NCBI GenBank assembly: GCA_905178155.1
Contig: CAJINV010000004.1
Location: forward strand, 9,300,418 to 9,352,104
Origin: Amoebophrya sp. A120
Lineage: Eukaryota; Protista; Dinoflagellata
Length of the DNA stretch: 51,687 nt
Reading direction: 5' to 3'
Under the pieces are notes generated by a model, which saw only the letters and a list, made by a program, of their open reading frames with translations, was not told the origin of the DNA and made no database searches. Both the position numbers and the translations under genes were made by a program. This document shows, piece after piece, positions 1-12,449 of the stretch. Each line of letters begins with the position of its first letter. Positions within the stretch are counted from its first letter, which is position 1.

Positions 1-588
1 ACGCTCCTGATCTCAGTGGTACTTAGTCGACCCGGGGGGGCAGGTATTACGTGGCCCCCGGTTCGGGTCTGTGCCTGCAATGCCGCAGCGAAGTCGTTTT
101 AGATGGTGCTGCAGCACAGCTGCGCGCACCGTGATGGGCGCCAAAGGCCCCAAGTCTGTCACTACAGAAAACAGTAGCCATGACTGCGATCGGCCCTAGT
201 GTTCGACCGCTTTCTGTTTGAAACCAGCGCCGCGCGCACAGCTTCGGTCTTCGTGCGCCCATTGATCGGAAGCAGCGTCCCTAAATCCTACGGCCGGCAG
301 CCGTGCCACCGTAAACAATAGTCGCGCAGCGCTTCGCGCCTCACAAACCAAAATCGCGCGCGCGCGCGCCAAAATACAGGACCTTTTGGGGCTTGTTGCG
401 TGCACATACTTTTTGCGACATATGGCGCCCGCAAGATATGCTCTGTAGCTCATCGGGATTGTTTTCTCCCGTTGCCCGCTCTTTTTTTCGGGGTTTGGCA
501 CGTGCACTACGTATGGTTCTCTTCTTTTTCGTATGCCCGGAACCTTTACGAACTAGTTCGTGAACTGGGGTACACTCTCGAACCGATT

Positions 589-644
589 CACATACATACA
601 TACATACATACATACATACACACATACATACATACATACATACA
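589..644. repeat. (CATA)n microsatellite
   Basis: About 14 CATA units with one CACA interruption. Confidence 0.95.
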
Positions 645-1420
645 CGTTCCACTTGGAAGTGAAAATAAGGAGGCACGACAGACGACGAGCCTCATCGTCC
701 GCCGTGCAACTACAGAAGAAGTCGGTGAGAAGATGAAGAGGAGCCAAGCGTCGACCTCTCGGTCGCTCTTCTCGGCTGACTAGTGTAGACCTCTTGTGGC
801 TGAATAGTGTAGACCTCTCGTAGCTCTTCTCGGCCACGCGTTCGACCCCACGGGCTGAGTAGTGTACGTAGCCATAGAATCGGCCGCGCTTCGGTGTCAC
901 TGAATAAAATTTGTTCTATTCTTTCCTAGCCCATCGTGCTTGAGCTTGACTTTTTGACCTTTTTTCTCTTGTGATGCTTCGTCATGTCATCTTCTTCCTG
1001 CCCCAAATGACCGAACGAACCCCACCCAACCCACAACAGGACAACTTGAAGCTTTATTTCTTCGCGGAATAAACGCTTCTACGTTATTGCCCCCACAAGT
1101 TGAAATAAATCACTAACGACGACTCATCTCACCGATGTTTTTATAGAATTAAAACGAAATTAATATTGACAACGAGACAACAAAACTATAAGCTTTTTAC
1201 AACTGGTGTCCCAGAAGAACACAGCGAAAAACATTTTCTTTCTCTAGATTAGCATAGTTAGACGCACTATAACTAATCTAATTTAAATCGATTCGAAGTG
1301 AAGAAGACGAAGACCGATTCCTATCGGGCCGGCGTCCTTCCTTTCTTTTTGTTTTGTTCCTAAAATTTGACTCAGCCCTTCGTCTCCCTGATTTACTATA
1401 CTAATACCACCGCAAGAAAA

Positions 1421-4338
1421 ATGAAAATGGACGGACGCAAAGTTCCCGCGAGCAGCCCCGAGGGTGTCTCCTTCGGGAACAAGAAGATGTTGCTTTGTTC
1501 TCTGCTCCCGGTCGTTTCGGTCGTGCAGGGATCGCACATTATCTTCCACGGCCCGGCTGCACTGGAGCCGGAGTCGGAGCCGCAGCCGAATGTGTTTTTG
1601 AGTCCGCGGCCCGTGAGCGCCGCGGCCCGTGAGCAAGGCCGCGAGGCGACCTCGTCCGGGAGCGGGTGGTCGACCGGGAGTCTTATCAAATGCAAAAATG
1701 TGTGGGTCTGGCAGAGTGTAAACTTGTCATGCAGGTTTTTCATGATCCATGAGGTCTGGAATGCGAGACCTAGCGTGACAGAGTCTGTGAGGTCTCTGCC
1801 ATGCCTATCCTGCATGAGAAACTCCCTCCAAACTTGGTCGAAAGTGGACAGCTTTTGGCACTCATGCAGCACAGATCTCTGCATGATTCGGATTAATTTA
1901 GCATGACAAGTTGCAATCTTCCAGACCCAGACACTTTTGCAATCCATAAGTCTTGGCTTTCTGCAAGAGGAGTCCAAACCCTCCTCCGCGGCCGCGGTTG
2001 CAGTTCCCGTGCAGAGCACGAAACGGCGAAAGAATGTGTTCTATTACGCTGCCGGAGGGACGGAGCTCGCGGCGGCGTATGCTTCCGCGCGCTATCTGGC
2101 GCAGCAACGCGATGAAAACGGCGACCCGGTTTACAACGTGGTCTGCGGATTTAACTTTGGTCTCTCGATGATGCTGGTCGGCAGGCCGGGGGAGTGGCAT
2201 ATCGGGGAGGGTGACCCGGTAGAACTCGGGTGGTTGACCGAGAAAGAAGCCGAAGTCGACTGCAGCGCTGCAGCAGCTCGCGGCGGTGCTGAGGGTGCGA
2301 GAGGAGCCAGTGGAGACAGTGCGTCCCCGTCTCCTCGAGTTCATCCCTATAACAGGTGCGATGTTCCCATCGGACACTTACCCCTGGGCAGCGATGCTTT
2401 TTTGCAGGAGGAAGTGGGAAAAACCGAGCGCATCGCCTTGTCACAACCTCTGAATTCCGAACTGAAGCGGATGAAGGCGGCGGGTGTGCACCTGGCGCCG
2501 CATCGACTGTCCCTTCAATTCATCGCCAGAGACCAGTTGCGGAAGGGAGGAAAACCCGAGGAAAAGCCCGCGGAGATGTATGGCCAGCTTTTGGCCGGAA
2601 TCCGAGACGAGGCCGCTCTCGTTGCACACGCCAAACAGGCTTTGGGAGCTATGCCACCTAGTGGCGCGGAGGCAGCGGCATCTACGGGCGTCGACGAGGC
2701 AGCTGCACCGCTGACCGAGGCAGAAGCGGAGTATGTGTACGGGTACCCGAGCTACGCGCGGTACGTGAAAAACGTAATTTTTGAAGGAGAGGCTGTCGAC
2801 CTGGCTGTTGTGGACGTGATTGCGATGAATAACCGAGAGTTTGCGAAGCAGCTGGGTCTCGATTTTCGAACGACGATGTTGCGGGAACTGAGCCCGGCAG
2901 TTCTTGTGCAATGGATTGGGAATCCCGCGATGAGTCCGTACCCCACAATTAGCGGCCGCAAGTCGGAGGCACCGATACAACCGGACGACGCTCTTGTGAT
3001 CGACATGGCCCAGGTCCCCTCCGTGACAGCGACACCTTTTCCGCTCTTTTACAATTGGGCGAATGCGAATGCGAATGCGCCGCAGTCGATTGGAGACTTG
3101 CAAAAATCACTAGAGGCCAACGCAGAGCTGGAACACACCCGGGTCGGGGCAGCCCCCGGCTGCCGGTGGTCAAGGTGCACCTGCAATCGCACCGGCAGGA
3201 GGACGGAGGTTCACAGCCGTCGGCGGACTTCGGGCCCTACGCCCTGGTCATGCCCCACCCCGCCCGCGAAGCGAATGCCAGCACAGCGGGAAGCGCTCAC
3301 GTGACCAGCCTCAGCGAAAAACTGCTTGAAGGAGGGCGGTTTGACGCACTGATCTATGTGGGCTTCGGGACGCAGCCCAACTGGTTTTCGCGCGAAGGAG
3401 TTCGGTACCTGGCGAGGGAACTCGTCGGGGCGTCGGAGTCTGCGCTGGTCTACATGGTAAAGCCGAAGCTGATGCCGGTGGATTTCGATCCGGAAGCGGC
3501 TGTTTCGCCGCAAAAGTTTTTCGCGGGCCTGGAGGCGTCGTTTGGTGGATGGCTGATGTTTCACCCGGAAGAGGTGGCGCCCCAGCTGGAGATCTTTCAG
3601 ACTTTCGGTGACGGAAAATTCATGGTCGACCCCAAGGACGGCGGCGGAGAAAGGCCGCTGCAGGTGATCTTCGTGTCGCACGGTGGCGTGGGCTCGCTCG
3701 CGGAGGCCGCCGCGTTCCGACTGCCGCTCCTGTGCCTCCCCCTGCTCCAGGGGGACCAGCCCCCGAACTGCAGACAGGTGGCGCGTATGGCAACGGGGCG
3801 GGACTTGGGCAAGCTGTCTGCTGCGATGATTCTCCACAAGATGCTCAGCGGTCCGATTGCATCCGACGTCACCAATCTCGCGGGCCGCCATTTCGCCTAT
3901 TTTTCAACGCCGGGCTGCAAGACGGGCGGCGAAGATCGTACCGGGGAGCTGAAGTTCGAAGGAGTCGTCGCCGCTACGCGCGCAGAGCTTGGCAAGCTGC
4001 AAGGCTTTTACGAGTCGGCCGCGCAGTTCTCGCAGTCCGTGCGGGCGATGAAGCGTTGGGAAGAAGAGCTTCTGCCCGAGTTCGAGCGGGAGAGCGGGGT
4101 CCCGTGGCGCAAGCAGCTGGACATCCAAGGCGTGCTCCGCACGGAAGCGAAGGCGCTGCTTGCCGCGGACTCTGCCTACGCGCAAGGAATTCGCGGAGCA
4201 CTAGACACTTCGCAGGACCTCCTGTACCAAAACACGGTAAGCCGCGAAACGGGGGCGGGCCAGTTGCTCGAGTATTTCATGCAAAACGAGAAAGAGCACG
4301 GGGGATGGATGGTCGCGGACGGGGCGACGGAAGCCTAG
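1421..4338 (+). CDS. UDP-glycosyltransferase (GT1/UDPGT-like) with long N-terminal region; one introner and one apparent frameshift near 3150-3160
   Basis: ATG 1421; removing 1684-1953 joins WSTGSL-GFLQEE in frame. C-terminal ORF carries IYVGFGT and the UGT signature FVSHGGVGSLAEAAAFRLPLLCLPLLQGDQPPNC. Frames switch around GCAGCCCCCGGCTG. Confidence 0.7.
1684..1948. mobile_element. Introner-like TIR element, family A (subfamily A1, opposite orientation to the 7408 copy)
   Basis: TAT..ATA ends, TIR TGCAAAA(A/G)TGT(G/C)TGGGTCTGG, direct repeat AGTCT; 265+5 nt removal keeps frame. Confidence 0.92.
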
Positions 4339-4855
4339 CCACGCCGGTCGAGGGGCGCTCCTCCGGAGAACGCCGAGATCTTTTGCAGCAAACGCGCGCA
4401 GAAAGCGCACAAAGAAGCGACGAACTCAAAGATGACCATGGCAATATGATGTCGGATTTCCCGTATCTGTCTGCTATGGAAACTACTACTACTGTTATAA
4501 GATACAAGTCGTGTTTAATCTCAATAAACAGACCCTGCTATAATTAGAGCACACGAACAAAAACGAATAGGGCGCAACTATAGGGAAATACGAACAAAAC
4601 TAGAAGAGGAGATGGAAACTAGCTGGGTTTCTCTGAAGCCGGAAAGAACGCGAACAATTCGCACAGCTATGCGCGAACCGAGCGCAACACACAAAAACAG
4701 GGAAACTCCTATAGAGCGACGAAGTTACTTTTTTGCCATGGTAAAGCGAAAGCCGCATCATCCGCCTAGGTACGCGGAAGCGTTGTGGAGAAGCTACCGC
4801 AAGTAAACCTCTGAAAAAGTCATACGAAATTTACCTTCCTCTCTATTTTGGTCCG

Positions 4856-5645
4856 CCAAGCTACGCGGGGGGCGCGGGTAAGTAGTAAAAATGCCGGCCC
4901 CTTTACGCGTGTAAGGCTTGGATCGGGACACCTTGCGGCGCGAAAGTCCTCTTCCAAAAAAAAAAAAAAGGCGCCGCCATCGTACCACCTGAAAACACGA
5001 AAGGCCGGGGCGCTGCGGAGAAGCCGCCGCAGGCACGCCCCGTCCCACCAAGTCGGGCGAGGTTTTATGTTTTTCGTTTTTTCGGCCCAAGCTACGCGGG
5101 GGGCGCGGGTAAGTATCAAAAAAGGCCGGCCCCTTTACGCGTGTAAGGCTTGGATCGGGACACCTTGCGGCGCGAAAGTCCTCTTCCAAAAAAAAAAAAT
5201 AGGCGCCGCCGTCGTATCACCTGAAAAGACGAAAGGCCGGGGCGCTGCGGAGAAGCCGCCACAGGCATACCCCGTCTCACCAAGTCGACCGAGGTTTTAT
5301 CTTTTTCGTTTTTTCGGCCCAAGCTATGCGGGGGGCGCGGGTAAGTATCAAAAAAGGCCGGCCCCTTTACGCGTGTAAGGCCTGGGTCGGGACACCTTGC
5401 GGCGCGAAAGTCCTCTTCCAAAAAAAAAAAAAGGCGCTGCCATCGTATCACCTGAAAACACGAAAGGCCGGGGCGCTGCGGAGAAGCCGCCGCAGGCACG
5501 CCTCTCATCAAGTCGGGCGAAATTTCTGTTCCCCGTTTTTTCGGCCCAAGCTATGGCGGGGGTGTGGGTATCAAAAAGAGCCGGCCCCGCCTCTACGCGT
5601 GTAAGCCTTGACCTTGAGCCGTGCCACTGCGGCGGCGCGAAGTTT
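4856..5645. repeat. Tandem repeat, ~231-bp unit, ~3.4 copies
   Basis: Unit start CCAAGCTA(C/T)G at 4856, 5087, 5319, 5546; full units contain a long A-tract and TTTACGCGTGTAAG; fourth copy diverged. Confidence 0.92.
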
Positions 5646-6621
5646 TTGCAGCCGCCACCACTTACTACCGCCTCGCCTCCAGCTAGTCGGCACAGGCGAA
5701 GGCACATTTTTGTCCTCGGAAGCAAACAACTGCTTTCTGTGCGCAAGAACGCAAGCACGTAAATACCTCCGTAGTACGTCAAAGGTCTTATATTTTGTCA
5801 TCAAGCAGACTGTTTGGCTCAACAATTACAATGCTTCACTTCTGTGGCCTAGATACTAACGATACCTTTTTCAATCAAATTTTTCGGCTCAGTTGAACTA
5901 CCAGTTTTGTTGGAGGACATCGTGTAAGAAAGCCAGTTATATTCAGGTTCCTGCTGCATTGGAAGCATTCGAAGCAGCTCATGTTGCGGGGCAGTGGGTC
6001 GTGCTCCTGCTCTCGCGACAACAGGGAGCCACAAAAATATTTCATCGAGCGTGCCTCATCATGGTTGTTGTTCGATCCAACGTGTCTTCACTAGGCTCGT
6101 TCTGTCCTGTGGGTCCGCGATCAAGAAAGAACAGAACGTAGGTTATAATTCAGGCTTCGTTGAAAATTCATTGTACGGCCATTGTCATGTCAACATTGTC
6201 GTCAACCCATTGAAACGAAAATTTCGATTTCCCTTTCAGACGACCACGATCAAGTGCATTCGCATGAAAGAAAAAAAAAGGATGAAAAAATCGAAATCCG
6301 GTCACTTGAAAATGCAAGGAAGATGATCCAGAGTTCCAGCGATCGGTGATGAAGTTCTTCAAAAAAACGATCAACAAAGTTCTTCACAATTCCTTCGAAG
6401 GTGCTCTAGAATTGAGGCCATTTTTTCCTTGTTGCAACACCAAAATCAGCAGGACCGTCGCGTGGTGTTTTGAAGCGATGCGTTAGTTTCGAATATCTGC
6501 TTTCTCGTTGATTTCTTTCTGCATAAACAAGCCAAAAGACTTGGACTTCCAGAATTAGTACCTCGGCAAAAATCCGAACTAAAGGCAGTTTCAGTACGGA
6601 GAAAAAGCTTTGATTTTGAAA

Positions 6622-9600
6622 ATGACGGTGAGCAAACCTGAGAAGTCTGCCAAGGCAGACGGTGTGAAGAAGGTGAAAAAGGTCAAGAAAGTGAAGACGG
6701 CTACTGCGGAGCAACCAGCAGCGGCATCCACTGTGGCAGCTGCAGCACCTGTAGTGGCTGCAACGACAACATCAGAAGGCGCTGCTGTTGCGAAAAAGGC
6801 AAAGAAGACGAAGAAGGACAACAAAACTGGTGTAGCAAAGCCTACTACACCAGCTGCAGAAAAGAGTGAAGACTCCACAACAGTCGATGATCAGAATAAG
6901 AGTGCAGCTAGTGGAGCAGTTTCGTCCACGAGCACGAAAGTAGCTAGCACAAGTGCCGGATCTTCACCAGCGGAACCACAAACCATGGCAGCTTTCCTTC
7001 TGAAAAACCGCGTTGCGAATGCCCAGGACTTCCAACCGGTTCCGATGGACAACATTTCTGACATCAGTAATAAATCGAAGAAAGCTCTGAATGAGTATAA
7101 ATCCATCACCTCCCTCTTCGAGATCCAGGCCCGGGTGTTCGAGCACGCCGTGGCCGGAAAAGACGTGGTCGGGAAGGCCAAGACGGGCTGCGGAAAAACT
7201 CTGGCTTTTTGCCTACCCGTGGTCGAGCGGTTCGCAAAGTTGCTGGAGAGTCAAGACGGTGAATTCACAAAAGCAGTGTCGCGGAAGAAACCGCTGGTGA
7301 TTACCCTTGCTCCAACCCGGGAACTGGCAAAACAAATTATCCGGGACTTTGAAGTTCTGGGGAACGCGCACAATTTCTCGTCCGAGTGCTTGTACGGGGG
7401 TGTCCAGTATCAAATGTAAAAATAAATGTCTGGGTCTGGAACAAAGCAACTTGTCATGCTAAATCTGAATCATGAAAAAATCTGTGTTGCGTGATTACCA
7501 AAAGAAAAGCTGTCCACTTTTGACCTAATCGAGAGGCAGTCTCTCATGCAGGATAGGCATGATAGAACTCTCACAGAATCTCTCATGCTATGTCCTTCAT
7601 ACCAGACCTCATGGGTCATGGAAAACCTGCATGACAAGTCTGGCATTCTTCCAGACCCAGACATTTTTGCAGTTGATATCCAGTTCGGCCCGCAGTGCCA
7701 GGTGTTGCGGGAGGGGTATCAAGAAGAAAAATCCCCCCTCCCCATATCAAAACGAAACTTCTAATGCTGGATTTGCGTACACAAATCAGCCCTGTCTTGC
7801 AGTAGAGGACTGCAGGCCCGCATCAAGCCTGACTGGGAGAGGTTTTGGCCTAGGCGCTCAGCATGTCAAAAGTCCATGCTGCAGGCCGAACAGCATCACA
7901 AACCGCCGTTATAACGCGGGGGGCCTTCTGGGTTCGCCTTCTTGCAAGACAAACACGATTTGTGGCCACAAATCAGCATCGCAAATGTCCGAAAATATAC
8001 CTTTTCGGTATGGGGAGGGGGGATTTTTCCTTTTGATAAGGGAAGGCAGATCATCGTCGCGACCCCCGGCCGGTTGTTGGACCACATTCAACGGCAAACC
8101 ATCGACTTGAGCGAAGTCAGGTACTATGATCCACTTGAATGTTAATATTGCCAGGCTACTTTGAAGAGAAAATGAAAATGTCCATTAGTCGCTGCGACTG
8201 ACTCTTGCTGCAGTTGGTGCTCTTGCATGTTGACTGCGTTTTCAATTTCGTCCAAAATCAAATCGTAATCCTCGCAATTGCATGATAATCAATTCCCAAG
8301 CATGTTCAACTCGTCAATCCCTCTCAGGGCCCTCGTCCTCGACGAAGCCGATGAGATGCTTTCCATGGGTTTCCAGGAGGACGTCGATTCCGTCATCAAC
8401 GCGTTACCGCGGAAGGACGTCCAGAAGCTCCTGTTCTCCGCGACGCTCCCCCACTGGGTGATATGCAATACAAATTTCCCGTACATGTACTTACAAGATG
8501 CATCACAAATTTTACCAATGAATTTGGAGTGTGACCACACTTGTCATGCTAAACCAGGATCGAAGCCCAGTTTTGTCATGCAGAGACTGCATTTGTATGT
8601 GTACGGGAAATTTACTGTGGATAGGTGAACGACCTGGTGCAGAAAAAGATGACAGACCCGCAGTGGGTCGACATCGCGAGCAAGGACGACAACAGCACGA
8701 ACAAGAACATCAGCCACAAGTGCATCTTATGCATTGCAAATGTGTCTGGGTCTGGAAACTTGTGATGCTGGATGGCGTATCATGGGGAGGCCACTAGTGC
8801 TGGCTCAGCATGCCAAGTTTCTGAGCTTCTAGGTGTTGCCCACTCTGCGTGACAGACTGCGTCTCTGCATGACAGAAAAGTGGGGCTCTTGGGTAACGTG
8901 CATGACAGATTTAAGAGTCATACCGGGCAACCATGACAAACATGCACCCTTCCAGACCCAGACACTTTTGCATTTGATACATCTTCTGCCCGCCGCAGTT
9001 CAAAGCGGACACTTTAGGGGATTTTGTCAAGGTCCACGCGGGCGCGCTGTTTGGGAAAACCGTGATCTTTTGCGACAGCAAGAAGGAGGTCAACGAGTTA
9101 GCGCAGCACGAGAAATTGGTCCAACTCGGCGCGGGGGTGTTGCACGGCGACGTCCAGCAGAACCAACGCGAGGTCGTGATGGAGAATTTCCGCACGGGAA
9201 AGATTAAAGTTTTGGTCGCAACTGACGTTGCGGCCCGGGGTCTGGACGTGCCGTGTGTGGATTTGGTGATCAACACGCGGCCGCCGCAAGACGTGGAGTC
9301 CTACGTCCATCGATCCGGCCGAACCGGCCGCGCGGGGAACAGCGGGGTTTCGATCATCTTCTACAGCCGGTCGGATGAGTACATGATCCGGATTTTGAAG
9401 CGGAAACTCGGGATTGAAATGCAACGCGTCGGGCCGCCGCAACCGTTCGACATTGTGAAATCCGCGGCGAAGGACAGCACGCGGTTCTTGGATTCCATAT
9501 CAAATGCAAAAGTGTCTGGGTCTGGAAGGTTGGAACTTGTGATGCTATTTTTGGACTCTAAAAAAATCTGTATTGCATGAACAGCAAGAGGAGTCTAAAT

Positions 9601-10689
9601 TGTGCTACGCGGGGAGGGCGTTTGTCGTGCGGAGTAGGCATCAGGAAGCCCTCTAAAAATCTGTGATGCTAGGCCGTGCATTACAGACATCCTGTGTCAT
9701 GCAAAACATGCTTGACAAATTTCAGAATCTTCCAGACCCAGACATTTTTGCATTTGATATTCCATCCACCAGGACAACGTGGAGGCGTTTCTGGACCAGG
9801 CGAAGCAGATGATTGAGGAGCGCGGCGTATCCTGTGTAAAAACGTCCCCACCTCCCCATAGTTGTCATGCAAATCCGCCATGACAGGAAGATTTGTAATG
9901 ATCATCTCCATAAAAGGCATTTCGATTTCCGATTGTGTTTTCGCATTTGTAATGCTGTGAACAGGATGTGGATGAGACAGAGACTTTCTCATGCGGCTTC
10001 CCTTGCTAACCAGCACTACACTGCAGATGGAGACTTGTCATGCGCAACTCCTAAAACTTGGAGATTTGTGTTGCAGATTTACCAACTTGACTATGGGGTG
10101 GGGACGTTTTTGCTCAGGATACGGCGCGGAGCAGGCGCTAGCCGCGGCGATGGCGGGGTTGACGGGTTACACGAAGCGGGTGCAGGGAAGGAGTCTGTTG
10201 TCCTCGTTTCAAGACTGCACGTGCCTGAAACTCACCAGTAACAAGCCGATCGAAGCGACGTCGAAGGGGTTTTTCCTCCTCCGCCAATTTTTCGATAAGT
10301 CCTTGACCGAGGATAAGATCAAGGGGATGACGTTGTGCGCAGATAACTACTCCTGTATCTTCGACGTCCCTTCCGACCAGGTGGACGCCATGATGGCGAT
10401 CGTGCAGACACCAGGCGTGTTATGGGACGGGATTGAGATCACGATCCCGCGGGAGCTCCCTGAGTTGCAGGAGCGGGACGGAAACAGCTGGCAGAACGAC
10501 GAGCAGGCGCATAAAGATAGAAAGAAAATGCTGTGGGAAAGGAGAACCGGGAAAGGCGGCGGTGGCAAGGGCGGTGGTAAGGGCGGTGATCACGGCGGAA
10601 AAGGAAAAGGAGGCGGGAAGAAGGGCGGTTTTACCGGTAGAGGTGGCGGATCTGCTGGCGGAAAAGGACAGCGATCGGGACCGTATTGA
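6622..10689 (+). CDS. DDX21: DEAD-box RNA helicase, nucleolar DDX21/DDX50 (RH-II/Gu)-like, 755 aa after removing 6 introners and 1 GT-AG intron (8121-8327)
   Basis: Motifs [50 protein letters not shown]; GUCT-like region (RSLLSS...FDVP) and G/K-rich tail; 4068-1800=2268 nt, divisible by 3. Confidence 0.9.
7408..7678. mobile_element. Introner, family A (A1)
   Basis: TAT..ATA, DR TCCAG; joins GGVQ-FGPQ. Confidence 0.92.
7717..8038. mobile_element. Introner, family B
   Basis: TIR TATCAA..GAAAAATCCCCCCTCCCCATA; DR AGGGG/AGGGA; joins [14 protein letters not shown]. Confidence 0.9.
8462..8623. mobile_element. Introner, family C
   Basis: TIR TAT..AAATTTCCCGTACA; DR GGTGA; joins HWV-NDLV. Confidence 0.92.
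8728..8979. mobile_element. Introner, family A (A2)
   Basis: TAT..ATA, DR CATCT; joins HKCI-FCPP. Confidence 0.92.
9498..9759. mobile_element. Introner, family A (A3)
   Basis: TAT..ATA, DR TTCCA; joins FLDS-IHQD. Confidence 0.92.
9828..10121. mobile_element. Introner, family H
   Basis: TIR TATCCTG.G.AAAAACGTCCCCACC; DR CGGCG; joins EERG-AEQAL. Confidence 0.92.
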
Positions 10690-11183
10690 AGAGAGAACTA
10701 CGTTTTCTAGGAAATTGAGGTCCACCTTTTCCGTACTACCTGCCTCTCTATTACTTCCACTTCCACCTGACTGTATGATCATGCAACTGCCGCGAGGGTG
10801 AACAAGAGCTCTTCCTACTTCTTCACGTTCATCTATTTATTCTGGATATAGCTTTACTGGGTCACAGGGTATTTTCATTTTTCAAGACGAATTTCGTGTG
10901 CGTGCATCTGGTAACTACTTCAAACGAATCCATTAACAAATCCTTTCGCTTTTTTCCCGAGGAGCGGGAGCAGGAGAGATTTTTTGTTCCCTTCTGAGAG
11001 CACCAGACACTCTGCACAACTGATGTTCGCACGGGACCACGAGTGCAATTGTTATTGTTGTAGCCGCCTATGGCTCGTCCTCGCTCTTTTCTTCTTGGTT
11101 TTGTTTTGCGCTTCTCGTTTCGTTTTTTTTTTGGGTGTCGGGAAGGAGAAATAACAGTCAGCAAGACGGGAGAAAGGACGAAG

Positions 11184-12268
11184 ACGGAGTTTCTTTGGTT
11201 TCACTCCGGCGTGCTGCGGAAGATAAACAATGATTGACAATCGGGAGTGATGGCATGCATGTTGTAGGAGGTGAAGCTGGAATGCATTTATGGAGTTGGG
11301 GATTAGAGCACAGAGACCCCAAAGAGACTCCTCAGGTCTCTGATCACTGCCTTGTTGAGCTCCGACTGACAATCGTGGACGCGGTGCCACAATTGCCGAC
11401 TTTGCATGCTGTTTGCTCTTCTCTTGAAGATGGGGCAGCTTCTGCCGCCAACTTCTCGGTCGAGCAGGAAGAGCCGAAAGATGTAGCTATGCATTACACA
11501 GAGGAGGGGGCTTTTACTTCCAAGTTGCACAGATTCAAGTTTGAGAATGGGATACCGGTAAAGGAGCAGAAATGGGTAGGGAAGTACAACAGCGACGTCG
11601 AGTCTCGCATCCGGGATCATCCTATCATGCGCAATAACTGGAAGAAGCGGAAGTTATTTCGTCCAAGTATCAAAGATATTGAAGATGGTCATCTCCAATA
11701 TTTGTCTTGCAGAAGCGGAAGTGATATTTAGACCATGCCAATATTGCGGGCGCCTCCGTGCGTCGCGCCAATTGGTTAGATTAACTAGAATAAACACCCA
11801 CTAACTAAGATGATTGATCACGTGTTCTTATGCTACTAAGGTTCTAACAACAAACAAAATCGTGACTGTCAGGTTTGCTAGAGGTGCAGTCTTCAGTGCT
11901 ATCGATGTGTCTCCACTTTTGGACAAATTCAAAAACACAAAAATCAAAAATAAAAAAAGCAGGAAGCAGGAACAGGGTGAATAGTAGTAATGTTCACGTG
12001 AGTAGGGTAGTGTTTATGTGCTGCGAGAAGATAGTAGCGGTGATGAGGCTAGAGAAGTTGCAACTTTGATTGAGTAGTGTTAAGAGGGGTTAGTGCCCGA
12101 GTCAAAGATATATTTGGCATGGTCTTAGGAGAATTTCTGCTCCGTAGTAACCTTTACCTTTTTCAAAGTTTTTATACCTGGTGTATTATCTGCTTTTACT
12201 TTGTGTTAAAACGGAGTTTCTTCGGTTTCACTCCGGCGTGCGGTGGAAGATAAACAATGATTGACAAT
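11184..12268 (+). repeat. 58-bp direct repeat pair (11184-11241 and 12211-12268)
   Basis: ACGGAGTTTCTT(T/C)GGTTTCACTCCGGCGTG...GAAGATAAACAATGATTGACAAT, 3 mismatches; internal CGGAGT/ACTCCG stem. Confidence 0.9.
11731..12124. mobile_element. MITE, PIF/Harbinger (Tourist)-like
   Basis: 11-bp perfect TIR GACCATGCCAA/TTGGCATGGTC flanked by TTA on both sides; AT-rich non-coding interior, 394 bp. Confidence 0.75.
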
Positions 12269-12449
12269 GAATGTTGAAAAAGTACTAAGTTCTAGTTTTG
12301 ATAAGTCCTTGTTTTGTACTTGTGTGTGTAAGAGCCACTCGAATCAGGGGCGCAATTCGAGTTCTTGCTAATATCTTCATAATTTTTGTATTGTTCTTGT
12401 TCTTCGAACCTCCGCGTACGCGTTGTACTTACTGAAGTGCCTAAAAATC

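Noticed and set aside
341-900. ORFs with HTYI/MYVC repeats and three short GGCTGA.TAGTGTA repeats at ~774-867
   Set aside because: Produced by the microsatellite and a local micro-duplication; no element boundaries could be defined.
5811-5823. TGTTTGGCTCAAC as a second SL relic
   Set aside because: Only about 10 matching bases and ~800 nt from the next ATG; could be chance.
4794-5825. Cluster of overlapping ORFs, and TTTTCGGCCCAAG resembling the DinoSL 3' end
   Set aside because: The ORFs arise from the tandem repeat; the SL similarity has several mismatches and no following GT or Sm site.
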